Assembly: GCF_003018235.1 (NCBI RefSeq)
Contig: NZ_CP027437.1
DNA length: 64,000 bases
Reading direction: 5' to 3' (one strand)
Source of the DNA: Escherichia coli
Lineage (GTDB): Bacteria; Pseudomonadota; Gammaproteobacteria; Enterobacterales; Enterobacteriaceae
The notes beneath the pieces were generated by a model that was given only the letters and a program-made list of their open reading frames with translations, was not told where the DNA came from and did no database searches. Positions 17,921 through 29,860 of the stretch are shown in pieces. Each line of letters begins with the position of its first letter. Within the stretch, counting starts at the first letter, position 1. The translations under genes were made by a program, and so were the position numbers.

Positions 17921-19144
17921 ATGCAAACCCAATTAACCGAAGAGATGCGGCAGAACGCGCGGGCGCTGGAAGCCGACAGCATCCTGCGCGCCTGTGTTCA
18001 CTGCGGATTTTGTACCGCAACCTGCCCAACCTATCAGCTTCTGGGCGATGAACTGGACGGGCCGCGCGGGCGCATCTATCTGATTAAACAGGTGCTGGAA
18101 GGCAACGAAGTCACGCTTAAAACACAGGAGCATCTCGATCGCTGTCTCACTTGCCGCAATTGTGAAACCACCTGTCCTTCTGGTGTGCGCTATCACAATT
18201 TGCTGGATATCGGGCGTGATATTGTCGAGCAGAAAGTGAAACGCCCACTGCCGGAGCGAATGCTGCGCGAAGGATTGCGCCAGGTAGTGCCGCGTCCGGC
18301 GGTCTTCCGTGCGCTGACGCAGGTAGGGCTGGTGCTGCGACCGTTTTTACCGGAACAGGTCAGAGCAAAACTGCCTGCTGAAACCGTGAAAGCTAAACCG
18401 CGTCCACCGCTGCGCCATAAGCGTCGGGTTTTAATGCTGGAAGGCTGCGCCCAGCCTACGCTTTCGCCCAACACCAACGCGGCAACTGCGCGAGTGCTGG
18501 ATCGTCTGGGGATCAGCGTCATGCCAGCTAACGAAGCAGGCTGTTGTGGCGCGGTGGACTATCATCTTAATGCGCAAGAGAAAGGGTTAGCGCGGGCGCG
18601 CAATAATATTGATGCCTGGTGGCCCGCGATTGAAGCAGGTGCCGAGGCAATTTTGCAAACCGCCAGCGGTTGCGGCGCGTTCGTTAAAGAGTATGGGCAG
18701 ATGCTGAAAAACGATGCGTTGTATGCCGATAAAGCGCGTCAGGTCAGTGAACTGGCGGTCGATTTAGTCGAACTTCTGCGCAAGGAACCGCTGGAAAAAC
18801 TGGCAATTCGCGGCGATAAAAAACTGGCCTTCCACTGCCCGTGTACCCTGCAACATGCGCAAAAGCTGAACGGCGAAGTGGAAAAAGTGTTACTTCGTCT
18901 TGGATTTACCTTAACGGACGTTCCCGACAGCCATCTGTGCTGCGGTTCAGCGGGAACATATGCGTTAACGCATCCCGATCTGGCACGCCAGCTGCGGGAT
19001 AACAAAATGAATGCGCTGGAAAGCGGCAAACCGGAAATGATCGTCACCGCCAACATTGGTTGCCAGACGCAGCTGGCGAGCGCCGGTCGTACCTCTGTGC
19101 GTCACTGGATTGAAATTGTAGAACAAGCCCTTGAAAAGGAATAA
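17921..19144 (+). CDS. glcF: Glycolate oxidase iron-sulfur subunit
   Basis: 407 aa from MQTQLTEEMRQ; two CxxCxxCxxxCP ferredoxin-type cysteine clusters. Confidence 0.9.
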   Translation: MQTQLTEEMRQNARALEADSILRACVHCGFCTATCPTYQLLGDELDGPRGRIYLIKQVLEGNEVTLKTQEHLDRCLTCRNCETTCPSGVRYHNLLDIGRDIVEQKVKRPLPERMLREGLRQVVPRPAVFRALTQVGLVLRPFLPEQVRAKLPAETVKAKPRPPLRHKRRVLMLEGCAQPTLSPNTNAATARVLDRLGISVMPANEAGCCGAVDYHLNAQEKGLARARNNIDAWWPAIEAGAEAILQTASGCGAFVKEYGQMLKNDALYADKARQVSELAVDLVELLRKEPLEKLAIRGDKKLAFHCPCTLQHAQKLNGEVEKVLLRLGFTLTDVPDSHLCCGSAGTYALTHPDLARQLRDNKMNALESGKPEMIVTANIGCQTQLASAGRTSVRHWIEIVEQALEKE

Positions 19145-19148
19145 CAAA

Positions 19149-19553
19149 ATGAAAACTAAAGTCATTCTTAGCCAGCAAATGGCGAGTGCAATTATTGCCG
19201 CAGGTCAGGAAGAGGCGCAGAAAAATAACTGGTCTGTTTCCATTGCTGTTGCCGATGACGGCGGTCATCTGCTGGCGTTAAGTCGCATGGACGATTGCGC
19301 GCCGATTGCGGCTTACATCTCCCAGGAGAAAGCGCGTACCGCCGCGCTGGGGCGTCGTGAAACTAAGGGCTATGAAGAGATGGTGAACAACGGACGTACC
19401 GCGTTCGTGACTGCGCCGTTATTAACGTCGCTGGAAGGCGGCGTACCGGTTGTTGTGGATGGGCAAATTATTGGTGCCGTGGGCGTTTCTGGTTTAACCG
19501 GAGTACAGGATGCGCAGGTCGCGAAAGCGGCAGCAGCGGTGTTGGCGAAATAA
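19149..19553 (+). CDS. glcG: GlcG (DUF336-family) protein
   Basis: 134 aa from MKTKVILSQQ; operon position between glcF and glcB. Confidence 0.85.
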   Translation: MKTKVILSQQMASAIIAAGQEEAQKNNWSVSIAVADDGGHLLALSRMDDCAPIAAYISQEKARTAALGRRETKGYEEMVNNGRTAFVTAPLLTSLEGGVPVVVDGQIIGAVGVSGLTGVQDAQVAKAAAAVLAK

Positions 19554-19574
19554 GCGAAAACGAGGAGATAAACA

Positions 19575-21746
19575 ATGAGTCAAACCATAACCCAGGGCCG
19601 TTTACGCATTGACGCCAATTTTAAACGTTTTGTGGATGAAGAAGTTTTACCGGGAACAGGGCTGGACGCTGCGGCGTTCTGGCGCAATTTTGATGAGATC
19701 GTTCACGATCTGGCACCAGAAAATCGTCAGTTGCTGGCAGAACGCGATCGCATTCAGGCGGCGCTTGATGAGTGGCATCGCAGCAATCCGGGGCCGGTAA
19801 AAGATAAAGCGGCCTATAAATCTTTCCTGCGTGAACTGGGCTATCTCGTGCCGCAGCCTGACCACGTTACGGTGGAAACCACGGGCATCGACAGCGAAAT
19901 CACCAGTCAGGCGGGGCCACAGCTGGTGGTTCCGGCAATGAATGCCCGCTACGCGCTGAACGCGGCGAACGCTCGCTGGGGCTCACTGTACGATGCGTTA
20001 TACGGCAGCGACATCATCCCGCAGGAAGGGGCGATGGTCAGCGGCTACGATCCGCAGCGCGGTGAGCAGGTTATCGCCTGGGTTCGGCGTTTCCTCGATG
20101 AATCTCTACCGCTGGAAAACGGCAGCTATCAGGATGTCGTGGCGTTTAAGGTGGTCGACAAACAATTACGTATCCAGTTGAAAAATGGTAAAGAAACCAC
20201 GTTACGTACCCCGGCACAGTTTGTCGGTTATCGTGGCGATGCTGCTGCGCCGACCTGCATTTTGCTGAAAAATAACGGCCTGCATATTGAGCTACAAATC
20301 GATGCCAACGGGCGGATTGGTAAAGACGATCCGGCGCATATCAACGACGTAATCGTCGAAGCTGCCATCAGTACCATTCTCGACTGCGAAGATTCGGTCG
20401 CTGCGGTTGATGCGGAAGATAAAATCCTGCTGTACCGCAACCTTCTGGGCCTGATGCAGGGGACTCTGCAAGAGAAAATGGAGAAAAACGGTCGGCAAAT
20501 CGTGCGTAAACTGAATGACGATCGTCAGTACACCGCCGCCGATGGCTCTGAAATTTCTCTGCACGGACGCTCGTTGCTGTTTATCCGCAACGTGGGTCAT
20601 TTGATGACCATTCCTGTGATTTGGGACAGCGAAGGCAATGAAATCCCGGAAGGCATTCTTGATGGCGTCATGACTGGCGCGATTGCCCTCTATGATTTAA
20701 AAGTGCAGAAAAACTCGCGCACTGGCAGCGTCTATATTGTGAAACCGAAAATGCACGGTCCGCAGGAAGTGGCGTTCGCCAACAAACTGTTTACCCGCGT
20801 TGAGACAATGCTCGGCATGGCGCCGAATACCCTGAAAATGGGCATAATGGATGAAGAACGCCGGACCTCGCTGAACTTGCGTAGCTGTATCGCTCAGGCG
20901 CGCAACCGCGTGGCGTTCATCAATACCGGTTTCCTCGACCGTACCGGCGATGAAATGCATTCGGTGATGGAAGCGGGCCCGATGCTGCGTAAAAACCAGA
21001 TGAAATCGACGCCGTGGATCAAAGCCTACGAGCGTAATAACGTGCTTTCCGGTCTGTTCTGTGGGCTGCGTGGCAAAGCGCAAATCGGTAAAGGCATGTG
21101 GGCAATGCCGGATCTGATGGCAGACATGTACAGCCAGAAGGGCGACCAACTGCGTGCCGGGGCAAACACGGCCTGGGTTCCGTCGCCAACTGCCGCTACG
21201 CTCCATGCGCTGCACTACCACCAAACCAACGTACAGAGCGTGCAGGCCAACATTGCCCAGAGCGAGTTCAATGCTGAATTTGAACCGCTGCTGGACGATC
21301 TGCTGACTATTCCGGTGGCTGAAAACGCTAACTGGTCGGTGGAAGAGATCCAACAAGAGCTGGATAACAACGTGCAGGGGATTCTGGGGTACGTGGTGCG
21401 TTGGGTGGAGCAGGGGATTGGTTGTTCAAAAGTGCCGGATATTCACAACGTGGCGCTGATGGAAGACCGCGCAACGCTGCGCATCTCCAGCCAGCATATC
21501 GCCAACTGGTTACGTCACGGTATTCTGACCAAAGAACAGGTGCAGGCGTCGCTGGAGAATATGGCGAAAGTGGTTGATCAGCAAAACGCTGGCGATCCGG
21601 CTTATCGTCCGATGGCGGGGAATTTCGCTAACTCGTGTGCTTTTAAAGCTGCCAGCGATTTAATCTTCCTCGGCGTGAAACAGCCAAACGGCTATACCGA
21701 ACCGCTATTACACGCCTGGCGTTTACGCGAAAAAGAAAGTCATTAA
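19575..21746 (+). CDS. glcB: Malate synthase G
   Basis: 723-aa ORF beginning [13 protein letters not shown], matching monomeric malate synthase G. Confidence 0.9.
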   Translation: MSQTITQGRLRIDANFKRFVDEEVLPGTGLDAAAFWRNFDEIVHDLAPENRQLLAERDRIQAALDEWHRSNPGPVKDKAAYKSFLRELGYLVPQPDHVTVETTGIDSEITSQAGPQLVVPAMNARYALNAANARWGSLYDALYGSDIIPQEGAMVSGYDPQRGEQVIAWVRRFLDESLPLENGSYQDVVAFKVVDKQLRIQLKNGKETTLRTPAQFVGYRGDAAAPTCILLKNNGLHIELQIDANGRIGKDDPAHINDVIVEAAISTILDCEDSVAAVDAEDKILLYRNLLGLMQGTLQEKMEKNGRQIVRKLNDDRQYTAADGSEISLHGRSLLFIRNVGHLMTIPVIWDSEGNEIPEGILDGVMTGAIALYDLKVQKNSRTGSVYIVKPKMHGPQEVAFANKLFTRVETMLGMAPNTLKMGIMDEERRTSLNLRSCIAQARNRVAFINTGFLDRTGDEMHSVMEAGPMLRKNQMKSTPWIKAYERNNVLSGLFCGLRGKAQIGKGMWAMPDLMADMYSQKGDQLRAGANTAWVPSPTAATLHALHYHQTNVQSVQANIAQSEFNAEFEPLLDDLLTIPVAENANWSVEEIQQELDNNVQGILGYVVRWVEQGIGCSKVPDIHNVALMEDRATLRISSQHIANWLRHGILTKEQVQASLENMAKVVDQQNAGDPAYRPMAGNFANSCAFKAASDLIFLGVKQPNGYTEPLLHAWRLREKESH

Positions 21747-22100
21747 TAGCGTCAAAAAAGCCCCGGCAAGTTTTATTGTCGGGGCTATGATAGTAACTGC
21801 GGTAGTACATTTATCCCGGAAATAACCGGAGCGATTATCAGGGTTTAACAATATTAAATACCCGTAGCGCATTACTAGCGGGCCTAAAACAACAATATGG
21901 ACATCTTAACGATATTCTGCGCCTGCGTGTGCGGAACAGAAACCCTTACCCGATATACTTGTTATGCCAGAGGTAGCAATTGCGTTAGCAGCGTACTGTT
22001 GCTGTAAAGTATAACTCCTATATTTTACAGTTCAGTCCTCTTTTGCTTATTACAACCTTAAGTATATCAAGCATATAAAGATAATAAGAGACTGAACAAT

Positions 22101-23783
22101 ATGGTTACCTGGACCCAAATGTATATGCCGATGGGAGGACTGGGGCTATCCGCTCTGGTCGCCCTGATCCCGATAATATTCTTCTTCGTTGCACTCGCGG
22201 TATTACGTCTGAAAGGACATGTCGCCGGAGCAATAACCCTTATATTATCTATTCTGATTGCGATATTCGCCTTTAAAATGCCAATTGATATGGCATTTGC
22301 TGCTGCGGGCTATGGCTTTATTTATGGTTTATGGCCTATTGCGTGGATTATTGTCGCGGCGGTATTCCTGTATAAATTAACCGTTGCCAGCGGCCAGTTC
22401 GATATTATCCGCAGCTCGGTTATCTCCATCACCGACGATCAGCGTTTGCAGGTGTTACTGATTGGTTTCTCCTTTGGCGCGTTGCTGGAAGGGGCGGCTG
22501 GCTTTGGTGCGCCGGTGGCGATTACCGGTGCGCTGCTGGTGGGCCTGGGCTTCAAACCGTTATACGCGGCGGGGCTGTGTCTGATTGCCAACACTGCGCC
22601 GGTGGCGTTTGGTGCGTTGGGCGTGCCGATTCTGGTCGCCGGTCAGGTAACGGGAATCGATCCGTTCCACATTGGCGCAATGGCGGGACGTCAGTTACCG
22701 TTCCTGTCGGTTCTTGTGCCGTTCTGGCTGGTAGCAATGATGGACGGCTGGAAAGGGGTGAAAGAGACGTGGCCAGCGGCGCTGGTTGCTGGGGGAAGCT
22801 TCGCTGTCACGCAGTTCTTTACCTCTAACTATATTGGTCCGGAACTGCCGGATATTACTTCGGCGCTGGTGAGTATCGTCTCACTCGCTTTATTCCTTAA
22901 AGTCTGGCGGCCGAAAAATACCGAAACGGCAATCAGCATGGGACAATCCGCAGGTGCGATGGTGGTGAATAAACCATCTTCTGGCGGTCCCGTGCCTTCA
23001 GAATATAGTCTGGGGCAAATCATTCGTGCGTGGTCACCGTTTTTAATCTTAACGGTGCTGGTCACCATCTGGACCATGAAGCCGTTTAAAGCGTTATTTG
23101 CTCCGGGCGGCGCGTTTTATTCACTGGTGATTAATTTCCAGATCCCTCATTTGCATCAACAAGTGTTGAAAGCGGCACCCATTGTCGCCCAACCAACGCC
23201 AATGGATGCGGTGTTTAAATTCGACCCTCTCTCGGCTGGCGGCACCGCTATTTTTATTGCGGCGATTATCTCTATCTTCATCCTCGGCGTGGGCATCAAG
23301 AAAGGGATTGGCGTCTTTGCCGAAACGCTAATTAGTCTGAAGTGGCCGATATTGTCGATTGGCATGGTGCTGGCGTTCGCCTTCGTCACCAACTATTCCG
23401 GCATGTCCACCACGCTGGCGCTGGTACTGGCAGGTACAGGCGTGATGTTCCCGTTTTTCTCACCGTTTCTCGGCTGGCTGGGCGTATTCCTTACCGGCTC
23501 GGACACTTCTTCAAACGCCCTGTTTGGTTCACTGCAATCGACCACGGCGCAGCAAATCAACGTCTCTGACACTCTGCTGGTGGCAGCAAATACCAGCGGC
23601 GGCGTAACTGGCAAGATGATCTCCCCGCAATCTATCGCCGTGGCCTGTGCCGCGACGGGCATGGTGGGCCGGGAATCTGAACTGTTCCGCTACACCGTGA
23701 AGCACAGTCTGATTTTTGCCAGCGTTATCGGCATTATCACGCTGTTGCAGGCGTATGTGTTTACTGGGATGTTAGTCTCGTAA
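22101..23783 (+). CDS. glcA: Glycolate/lactate:H+ permease (LctP family)
   Basis: 560-aa polytopic membrane ORF following glcB. Confidence 0.9.
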   Translation: MVTWTQMYMPMGGLGLSALVALIPIIFFFVALAVLRLKGHVAGAITLILSILIAIFAFKMPIDMAFAAAGYGFIYGLWPIAWIIVAAVFLYKLTVASGQFDIIRSSVISITDDQRLQVLLIGFSFGALLEGAAGFGAPVAITGALLVGLGFKPLYAAGLCLIANTAPVAFGALGVPILVAGQVTGIDPFHIGAMAGRQLPFLSVLVPFWLVAMMDGWKGVKETWPAALVAGGSFAVTQFFTSNYIGPELPDITSALVSIVSLALFLKVWRPKNTETAISMGQSAGAMVVNKPSSGGPVPSEYSLGQIIRAWSPFLILTVLVTIWTMKPFKALFAPGGAFYSLVINFQIPHLHQQVLKAAPIVAQPTPMDAVFKFDPLSAGGTAIFIAAIISIFILGVGIKKGIGVFAETLISLKWPILSIGMVLAFAFVTNYSGMSTTLALVLAGTGVMFPFFSPFLGWLGVFLTGSDTSSNALFGSLQSTTAQQINVSDTLLVAANTSGGVTGKMISPQSIAVACAATGMVGRESELFRYTVKHSLIFASVIGIITLLQAYVFTGMLVS

Positions 23784-23792
23784 ATCAATAAT

Positions 23793-23828
23793 GCCGGATG
23801 ATCGTTAATATCATCCGGCTTCATTTAC
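23793..23828 (+). terminator. Rho-independent terminator after glcA
   Basis: Perfect 10-bp inverted repeat gccggatgat / atcatccggc (23793-23802, 23810-23819) with 7-nt loop, then a T-rich tract. Confidence 0.7.
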
Positions 23829-24267
23829 ATTATTCTGTCTTATTAATTGAAAATTATTTCTCGCTTTATTATCCATGCGGCAATAATGTTTTGTGTTTAG
23901 ATAACCTGCTAAATAATTAAGATCGTGAGAACATCTATTTTTTATCACGCGAAACAAGTCTGTACTAATTATGTTCGCTTGATGAGCAAACACCGTTCTA
24001 TCTGTTGCTTTTGCAATCTTAATCGTTAAAACTACCAACGAATTTATATAGTTACGTTGTGAAAAGTTGTTAATTTTTTGTTTAATGAAATTTCGTAAAA
24101 ATCACCAGCCAGACATCGAATAGGGGTTATTCTTATAAATTTCACCTGCTTTGCTATCAATGATGCCGTTTTATTAAGAATGGAGGAAGTTATTAGAGAA
24201 GATAAAGCATAAAACTATTTCTCCCAGTTACGAATTTTTTAACATTGTTTTGTCACTTGCGTTATTA
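23829..24267. promoter_or_regulatory. AT-rich upstream region of sslE/yghJ; probable promoter of the sslE-pppA-yghG-gsp transcription unit
   Basis: ~440 bp of AT-rich non-coding DNA upstream of the first gene of a co-directional, closely packed cluster. This operon is reported to be H-NS silenced. Confidence 0.45.
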
Positions 24268-27200
24268 ATGAATAAGAAATTTAAATATAAGAAATCGCTT
24301 TTAGCGGCTATTTTGAGCGCAACCCTGTTAGCCGGTTGTGATGGCGGTGGTTCCGGATCTTCCTCCGATACGCCGCCTGTAGATTCTGGAACAGGGTCTT
24401 TGCCGGAAGTGAAACCTGATCCAACACCAAACCCGGAGCCGACGCCTGAGCCAACGCCGGACCCAGAACCTACGCCGGAACCGACACCTGATCCTGAGCC
24501 AACACCAGAACCGGAGCCAGAACCTGTTCCTACGAAAACGGGTTATCTGACCCTGGGCGGAAGCCAGCGGATAACTGGTGCTACTTGTAATGGTGAATCC
24601 AGCGATGGCTTTACCTTTACGCCAGGCGACAAAGTCACCTGTGTGGCAGGGAACAACACGACAATTGCTACCTTCGACACCCAGTCAGAAGCTGCGCGTA
24701 GCCTGCGTGCGGTTGAAAAAGTGTCGTTTAGTCTTGAGGATGCGCAAGAACTGGCGGCTTCCGATGACAAGAAAAGCAATGCGGTTTCGCTGGTAACGTC
24801 CAGTAACAGCTGTCCGGCGAATACAGAACAGGTTTGCCTGTCGTTCTCCTCTGTGATCGAGAGTAAACGTTTCGACTCACTGTATAAGCAAATCGATCTG
24901 GCACCGGAAGAGTTCAAAAAGCTGGTCAATGAAGAGGTGGAAAACAATGCTGCGACCGATAAAGCGCCATCCACTCATACCTCACCGGTTGTGCCTGTCA
25001 CCACGCCGGGAACAAAACCGGATCTGAACGCTTCCTTCGTGTCGGCTAACGCGGAACAGTTTTATCAGTATCAACCTTCGGAAATCATTCTCTCCGAAGG
25101 CCGACTGGTCGATAGCCAGGGATATGGTGTTGCTGGCGTCAACTACTACACCAATTCAGGCCGTGGCGTGACAGGGGAAAATGGTGAATTTTCCTTTAGC
25201 TGGGGCGAAACCATCTCCTTTGGTATCGATACCTTTGAACTGGGTTCAGTGCGCGGCAATAAGTCGACCATTGCGCTGACTGAACTGGGTGATGAAGTTC
25301 GCGGGGCGAATATTGATCAGCTTATTCATCGCTATTCGACGACCGGGCAAAATAATACCCGTGTTGTTCCGGACGATGTACGCAAGGTCTTTGCCGAATA
25401 TCCCAACGTGATCAACGAGATTATCAATCTCTCGTTATCCAACGGTGCGACGCTGGATGAAGGTGAGCAAGTTGTTAATCTGCCAAACGAATTTATTGAG
25501 CAGTTTAAGACGGGTCAAGCCAAAGAGATCGATACCGCGATTTGTGCGAAAACCGACGGTTGTAACGAGGCTCGCTGGTTCTCGCTGACGACGCGCAATG
25601 TTAATGACGGCCAGATTCAGGGCGTTATCAACAAGCTGTGGGGCGTGGATACGAACTACAAATCTGTCAGCAAGTTCCATGTATTCCATGACTCTACCAA
25701 CTTCTATGGCAGCACGGGTAATGCGCGCGGTCAGGCGGTGGTGAATATCTCCAACGCGGCCTTCCCGATTCTGATGGCGCGTAATGATAAAAACTACTGG
25801 CTGGCGTTTGGCGAAAAACGCGCCTGGGATAAAAACGAGCTGGCGTACATTACGGAAGCGCCTTCTCTTGTTGAGCCGGAAAACGTTACGCGCGATACCG
25901 CCACCTTCAACCTGCCGTTTATCTCGTTGGGGCAAGTCGGCGATGGCAAGCTGATGGTTATCGGTAACCCGCACTACAACAGCATTTTGCGTTGTCCGAA
26001 CGGTTACAGTTGGAACGGAGGCGTTAATAAAGACGGGCAGTGTACGCTCAGCGGTGATTCAGATGACATGAAGAACTTCATGGAGAACGTGCTGCGCTAT
26101 CTGTCAAATGATCGCTGGTTGCCGGATGCAAAATCCAATATGACCGTAGGCACCAACCTGGATACTGTCTATTTCAAACGTCATGGTCAGGTTACAGGAA
26201 ACAGCGCTGAGTTCGGCTTCCATCCGGATTTTGCGGGTATCTCCGTTGAGCATTTAAGTAGCTATGGCGATCTCGACCCGCAGGAAATGCCGCTGCTGAT
26301 CCTCAACGGCTTTGAGTATGTGACTCAGGTGGGGGGCGATCCTTATGCAATCCCGCTGCGTGCAGATACCAGCAAACCGAAGCTGACTCAGCAGGATGTG
26401 ACCGATCTGATCGCCTATCTGAACAAAGGTGGATCGGTGCTGATCATGGAAAACGTGATGAGCAATCTTAAGGAAGAGAGCGCGTCTGGTTTTGTGCGTC
26501 TGTTGGATGCTGCAGGTCTGTCAATGGCACTGAACAAGTCGGTGGTGAATAACGATCCTCAAGGGTATCCGAACCGCGTTCGTCAGCAGCGCGCAACGGG
26601 CATTTGGGTCTATGAACGTTATCCTGCCGTAGACGGTGCGCTGCCGTACACCATCGATAGTAAGACAGGGGAAGTTAAGTGGAAATATCAGGTAGAAAAC
26701 AAACCTGATGACAAACCGAAGCTGGAAGTTGCCAGCTGGCTGGAAGATGTAGATGGCAAACAGGAAACGCGTTATGCCTTTATTGATGAGGCCGATCATA
26801 AAACAGAGGATTCTCTGAAGGCTGCGAAGGAGAAAATTTTCGCGGCGTTCCCGGGGCTGAAAGAGTGTACTAATCAGGCATATCACTACGAGGTCAACTG
26901 TCTGGAATATCGTCCTGGCACGGGGGTTCCGGTTACTGGTGGCATGTATGTTCCACAGTATACGCAACTAAGCCTTAACGCCGACACGGCAAAAGCGATG
27001 GTGCAGGCTGCGGATTTAGGCACCAACATTCAGCGTCTGTATCAGCATGAGCTCTACTTCCGGACCAATGGTCGCAAAGGTGAGCGTCTGAGCAGCGTCG
27101 ATCTGGAACGTCTGTACCAGAACATGTCGGTCTGGCTGTGGAACGATACGAGCTATCGTTATGAAGAAGGCAAAAATGACGAGCTGGGCTTTAAAACGTT

Positions 27201-28830
27201 CACCGAGTTCCTGAACTGCTATACCAACGATGCCTATACCGATGGCACACAGTGCTCCGCAGATCTGAAAAAATCGCTGGTCGATAACAACATGATCTAC
27301 GGTGACGGTAGCAGCAAAGCGGGCATGATGAACCCGAGCTATCCACTCAACTATATGGAAAAACCGCTGACGCGCCTGATGCTGGGCCGTTCCTGGTGGG
27401 ATCTGAACATTAAGGTTGATGTGGAGAAGTACCCAGGAGCGGTATCTGTAGGGGGAGAAGAGGTTACTGAAACCATCAGCCTGTACTCGAATCCGACCAA
27501 ATGGTTTGCAGGTAACATGCAGTCAACTGGCCTGTGGGCACCGGCTCAGAAAGAGGTCACCATTAAGTCCAATGCGAACGTTCCTGTGACCGTCACCGTG
27601 GCGCTGGCTGACGACCTGACCGGAAGAGAGAAGCATGAAGTCGCGCTGAACCGTCCGCCAAGAGTAACCAAAACGTACTCTCTGGACGCTAGCGGTACGG
27701 TGAAGTTCAAGGTGCCTTACGGTGGCCTGATTTATATCAAGGGCAATAGCTCTACCAATGAATCTGCCAGCTTCATCTTTACTGGCGTGGTAAAAGCACC
27801 GTTCTATAAAGACGGCGCATGGAAAAACGATCTGAACTCACCGGCTCCGCTGGGTGAGCTGGAATCAGACGCTTTCGTCTATACCACACCGAAGAAGAAC
27901 CTGAATGCCAGCAATTACACGGGCGGACTGGAGCAATTCGCTAACGATCTGGATACCTTTGCCAGCTCGATGAATGACTTCTACGGTCGTAATGATGAAG
28001 ACGGTAAGCACCGGATGTTTACCTATAAAAACTTGACGGGCCACAAGCATCGTTTCACCAACGATGTGCAGATCTCCATCGGTGATGCGCACTCGGGTTA
28101 TCCGGTAATGAACAGCAGCTTCTCGACGAACAGCACCACGCTGCCGACGACGCCGCTGAACGACTGGCTGATCTGGCACGAAGTTGGTCACAACGCCGCC
28201 GAAACGCCGCTGACTGTTCCTGGCGCAACTGAAGTAGCGAACAACGTGCTGGCGCTGTACATGCAGGATCGCTATCTCGGCAAGATGAACCGTGTCGCTG
28301 ACGATATTACTGTCGCGCCGGAATATCTGGAGGAGAGCAACGGTCAGGCATGGGCGCGCGGCGGTGCGGGTGACCGTCTGCTGATGTACGCGCAGCTGAA
28401 GGAGTGGGCAGAGAAAAACTTTGATATCAAACAGTGGTATCCAGAAGGCTCTCTGCCAGAGTTCTACAGCGAGCGTGAAGGGATGAAAGGCTGGAACCTG
28501 TTCCAGTTGATGCACCGTAAAGCGCGCGGCGATGAGGTTGGCAATAACAAGTTCGGCAGTAAGAACTACTGTGCTGAATCTAACGGTAACGCTGCCGACA
28601 CGCTGATGCTGTGTGCCTCCTGGGTCGCCCAGACGGATCTTTCGGAGTTCTTTAAGAAATGGAATCCGGGCGCGAATGCTTACCAGTTGCCGGGAGCGAC
28701 GGAGATGAGCTTCGAAGGCGGTGTGAGCCAGTCGGCTTACAACACGCTCGCGTCACTCGATCTGCCGAAACCGAAGCAAGGGCCGGAAACCATTAATAAG
28801 GTTACCGAATATTCGATGCCTGCTGAATAA
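24268..28830 (+). CDS. sslE: SslE/YghJ secreted lipoprotein, M60-like zinc metalloprotease (mucinase)
   Basis: 1520 aa from MNKKFKYKK; lipobox LLAGC; proline-rich PEPTPD repeats; zinc motif HEVGH at 28177-28191. Confidence 0.9.
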   Translation: MNKKFKYKKSLLAAILSATLLAGCDGGGSGSSSDTPPVDSGTGSLPEVKPDPTPNPEPTPEPTPDPEPTPEPTPDPEPTPEPEPEPVPTKTGYLTLGGSQRITGATCNGESSDGFTFTPGDKVTCVAGNNTTIATFDTQSEAARSLRAVEKVSFSLEDAQELAASDDKKSNAVSLVTSSNSCPANTEQVCLSFSSVIESKRFDSLYKQIDLAPEEFKKLVNEEVENNAATDKAPSTHTSPVVPVTTPGTKPDLNASFVSANAEQFYQYQPSEIILSEGRLVDSQGYGVAGVNYYTNSGRGVTGENGEFSFSWGETISFGIDTFELGSVRGNKSTIALTELGDEVRGANIDQLIHRYSTTGQNNTRVVPDDVRKVFAEYPNVINEIINLSLSNGATLDEGEQVVNLPNEFIEQFKTGQAKEIDTAICAKTDGCNEARWFSLTTRNVNDGQIQGVINKLWGVDTNYKSVSKFHVFHDSTNFYGSTGNARGQAVVNISNAAFPILMARNDKNYWLAFGEKRAWDKNELAYITEAPSLVEPENVTRDTATFNLPFISLGQVGDGKLMVIGNPHYNSILRCPNGYSWNGGVNKDGQCTLSGDSDDMKNFMENVLRYLSNDRWLPDAKSNMTVGTNLDTVYFKRHGQVTGNSAEFGFHPDFAGISVEHLSSYGDLDPQEMPLLILNGFEYVTQVGGDPYAIPLRADTSKPKLTQQDVTDLIAYLNKGGSVLIMENVMSNLKEESASGFVRLLDAAGLSMALNKSVVNNDPQGYPNRVRQQRATGIWVYERYPAVDGALPYTIDSKTGEVKWKYQVENKPDDKPKLEVASWLEDVDGKQETRYAFIDEADHKTEDSLKAAKEKIFAAFPGLKECTNQAYHYEVNCLEYRPGTGVPVTGGMYVPQYTQLSLNADTAKAMVQAADLGTNIQRLYQHELYFRTNGRKGERLSSVDLERLYQNMSVWLWNDTSYRYEEGKNDELGFKTFTEFLNCYTNDAYTDGTQCSADLKKSLVDNNMIYGDGSSKAGMMNPSYPLNYMEKPLTRLMLGRSWWDLNIKVDVEKYPGAVSVGGEEVTETISLYSNPTKWFAGNMQSTGLWAPAQKEVTIKSNANVPVTVTVALADDLTGREKHEVALNRPPRVTKTYSLDASGTVKFKVPYGGLIYIKGNSSTNESASFIFTGVVKAPFYKDGAWKNDLNSPAPLGELESDAFVYTTPKKNLNASNYTGGLEQFANDLDTFASSMNDFYGRNDEDGKHRMFTYKNLTGHKHRFTNDVQISIGDAHSGYPVMNSSFSTNSTTLPTTPLNDWLIWHEVGHNAAETPLTVPGATEVANNVLALYMQDRYLGKMNRVADDITVAPEYLEESNGQAWARGGAGDRLLMYAQLKEWAEKNFDIKQWYPEGSLPEFYSEREGMKGWNLFQLMHRKARGDEVGNNKFGSKNYCAESNGNAADTLMLCASWVAQTDLSEFFKKWNPGANAYQLPGATEMSFEGGVSQSAYNTLASLDLPKPKQGPETINKVTEYSMPAE
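24409..24525 (+). repeat. In-frame tandem repeat encoding a proline-rich PEPTP(D/E) linker in SslE
   Basis: Repeated ccngaacc(n)acnccn units encoding PDPTPNPEPTPEPTPDPEPTPEPTPDPEPTPEPEPEP. Confidence 0.7.
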
Positions 28831-28831
28831 C

Positions 28832-28962
28832 CCGGATAAGGCGCTCGCGCCGCATCCGGCATGAAATAAGGCGCATCGGGTCAACACATATGCCCGATGC
28901 GCCAGCTTATCGGGCCTGGAGGAAAGCCGTATGGCATACACCTGCAGGCCCGCATCCGGCAA
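28832..28962. repeat. Cluster of REP (repetitive extragenic palindromic) elements
   Basis: Canonical REP-type palindromes (ccggataaggcgctcgcgccgcatccgg, gcgcatcggg...cccgatgcgc, gcccgcatccggcaag) between sslE and pppA. Confidence 0.8.
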
Positions 28963-28985
28963 GTTAGAACAAATAACCTTTAACC

Positions 28986-29795
28986 ATGTTTTTTGATGTT
29001 TTTCAGCAATACCCCGCGGCGATGCCCGTCCTGGCTACCGTCGGAGGATTGATTATCGGCAGTTTTTTGAATGTGGTGATTTGGCGTTACCCCATCATGC
29101 TGCGCCAACAAATGGCGGAGTTTCACGGTGAAATGCCGAGTACGCAGTCAAAAATAAGCCTGGCGCTGCCACGCTCGCACTGTCCGCATTGCCAGCAGAC
29201 TATCCGCGTTCGTGACAATATTCCGCTGCTCTCCTGGCTGATGCTCAAAGGGCGCTGCCGCGACTGTCAGGCGAAAATCAGCAAGCGTTATCCGCTGGTG
29301 GAGTTATTGACGGCACTCGCTTTTTTGCTGGCGAGCCTGGTGTGGCCGGAAAGTGGATGGGGGCTGGCGGTGATGATATTATCCGCCTGGCTGATTGCCG
29401 CGAGTGTCATCGACCTCGATAACCAATGGCTGCCCGATGTCTTTACTCAGGGCGTATTGTGGACGGGGCTGATTGCGGCATGGGCGCAACAGAGTCCGTT
29501 AACACTACAAGATGCAGTCACCGGCGTCCTGGTGGGGTTTATCACTTTTTACTCTCTGCGCTGGATAGCCGGAATAGTTCTGCGTAAAGAAGCATTAGGC
29601 ATGGGCGATGTATTATTGTTCGCTGCGTTAGGTAGTTGGGTGGGGCCGTTGTCGCTGCCCAATGTTGCTTTAATCGCCTCATGCTGCGGCCTGATATATG
29701 CCGTTATTACAAAAAGAGGATCAACCACACTGCCTTTTGGACCGTGTTTAAGTCTGGGCGGTATAGCAACACTTTATCTACAGGCATTGTTTTAA
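28986..29795 (+). CDS. pppA: Prepilin peptidase (leader peptidase/N-methyltransferase)
   Basis: 269-aa polytopic ORF with the cytoplasmic tetracysteine motif CPHC...CRDC typical of PilD/GspO. Confidence 0.85.
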   Translation: MFFDVFQQYPAAMPVLATVGGLIIGSFLNVVIWRYPIMLRQQMAEFHGEMPSTQSKISLALPRSHCPHCQQTIRVRDNIPLLSWLMLKGRCRDCQAKISKRYPLVELLTALAFLLASLVWPESGWGLAVMILSAWLIAASVIDLDNQWLPDVFTQGVLWTGLIAAWAQQSPLTLQDAVTGVLVGFITFYSLRWIAGIVLRKEALGMGDVLLFAALGSWVGPLSLPNVALIASCCGLIYAVITKRGSTTLPFGPCLSLGGIATLYLQALF

Positions 29796-29860
29796 TGATA
29801 ACCACGTCATTATCAAAGTGACATTTTAACTCTTATTAATAACCTTAGAGATTATTTACC

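Noticed and set aside
20697-21356. 219-aa minus-strand ORF inside glcB
   Set aside because: Antisense to malate synthase G; His/Arg-rich low-complexity translation typical of GC-rich antisense frames.
25435-28515. Minus-strand ORFs (25435..25974, 26521..26967, 27865..28515) inside sslE
   Set aside because: Embedded antisense to a 1520-aa gene with clear lipobox and HEVGH motif; no independent support.
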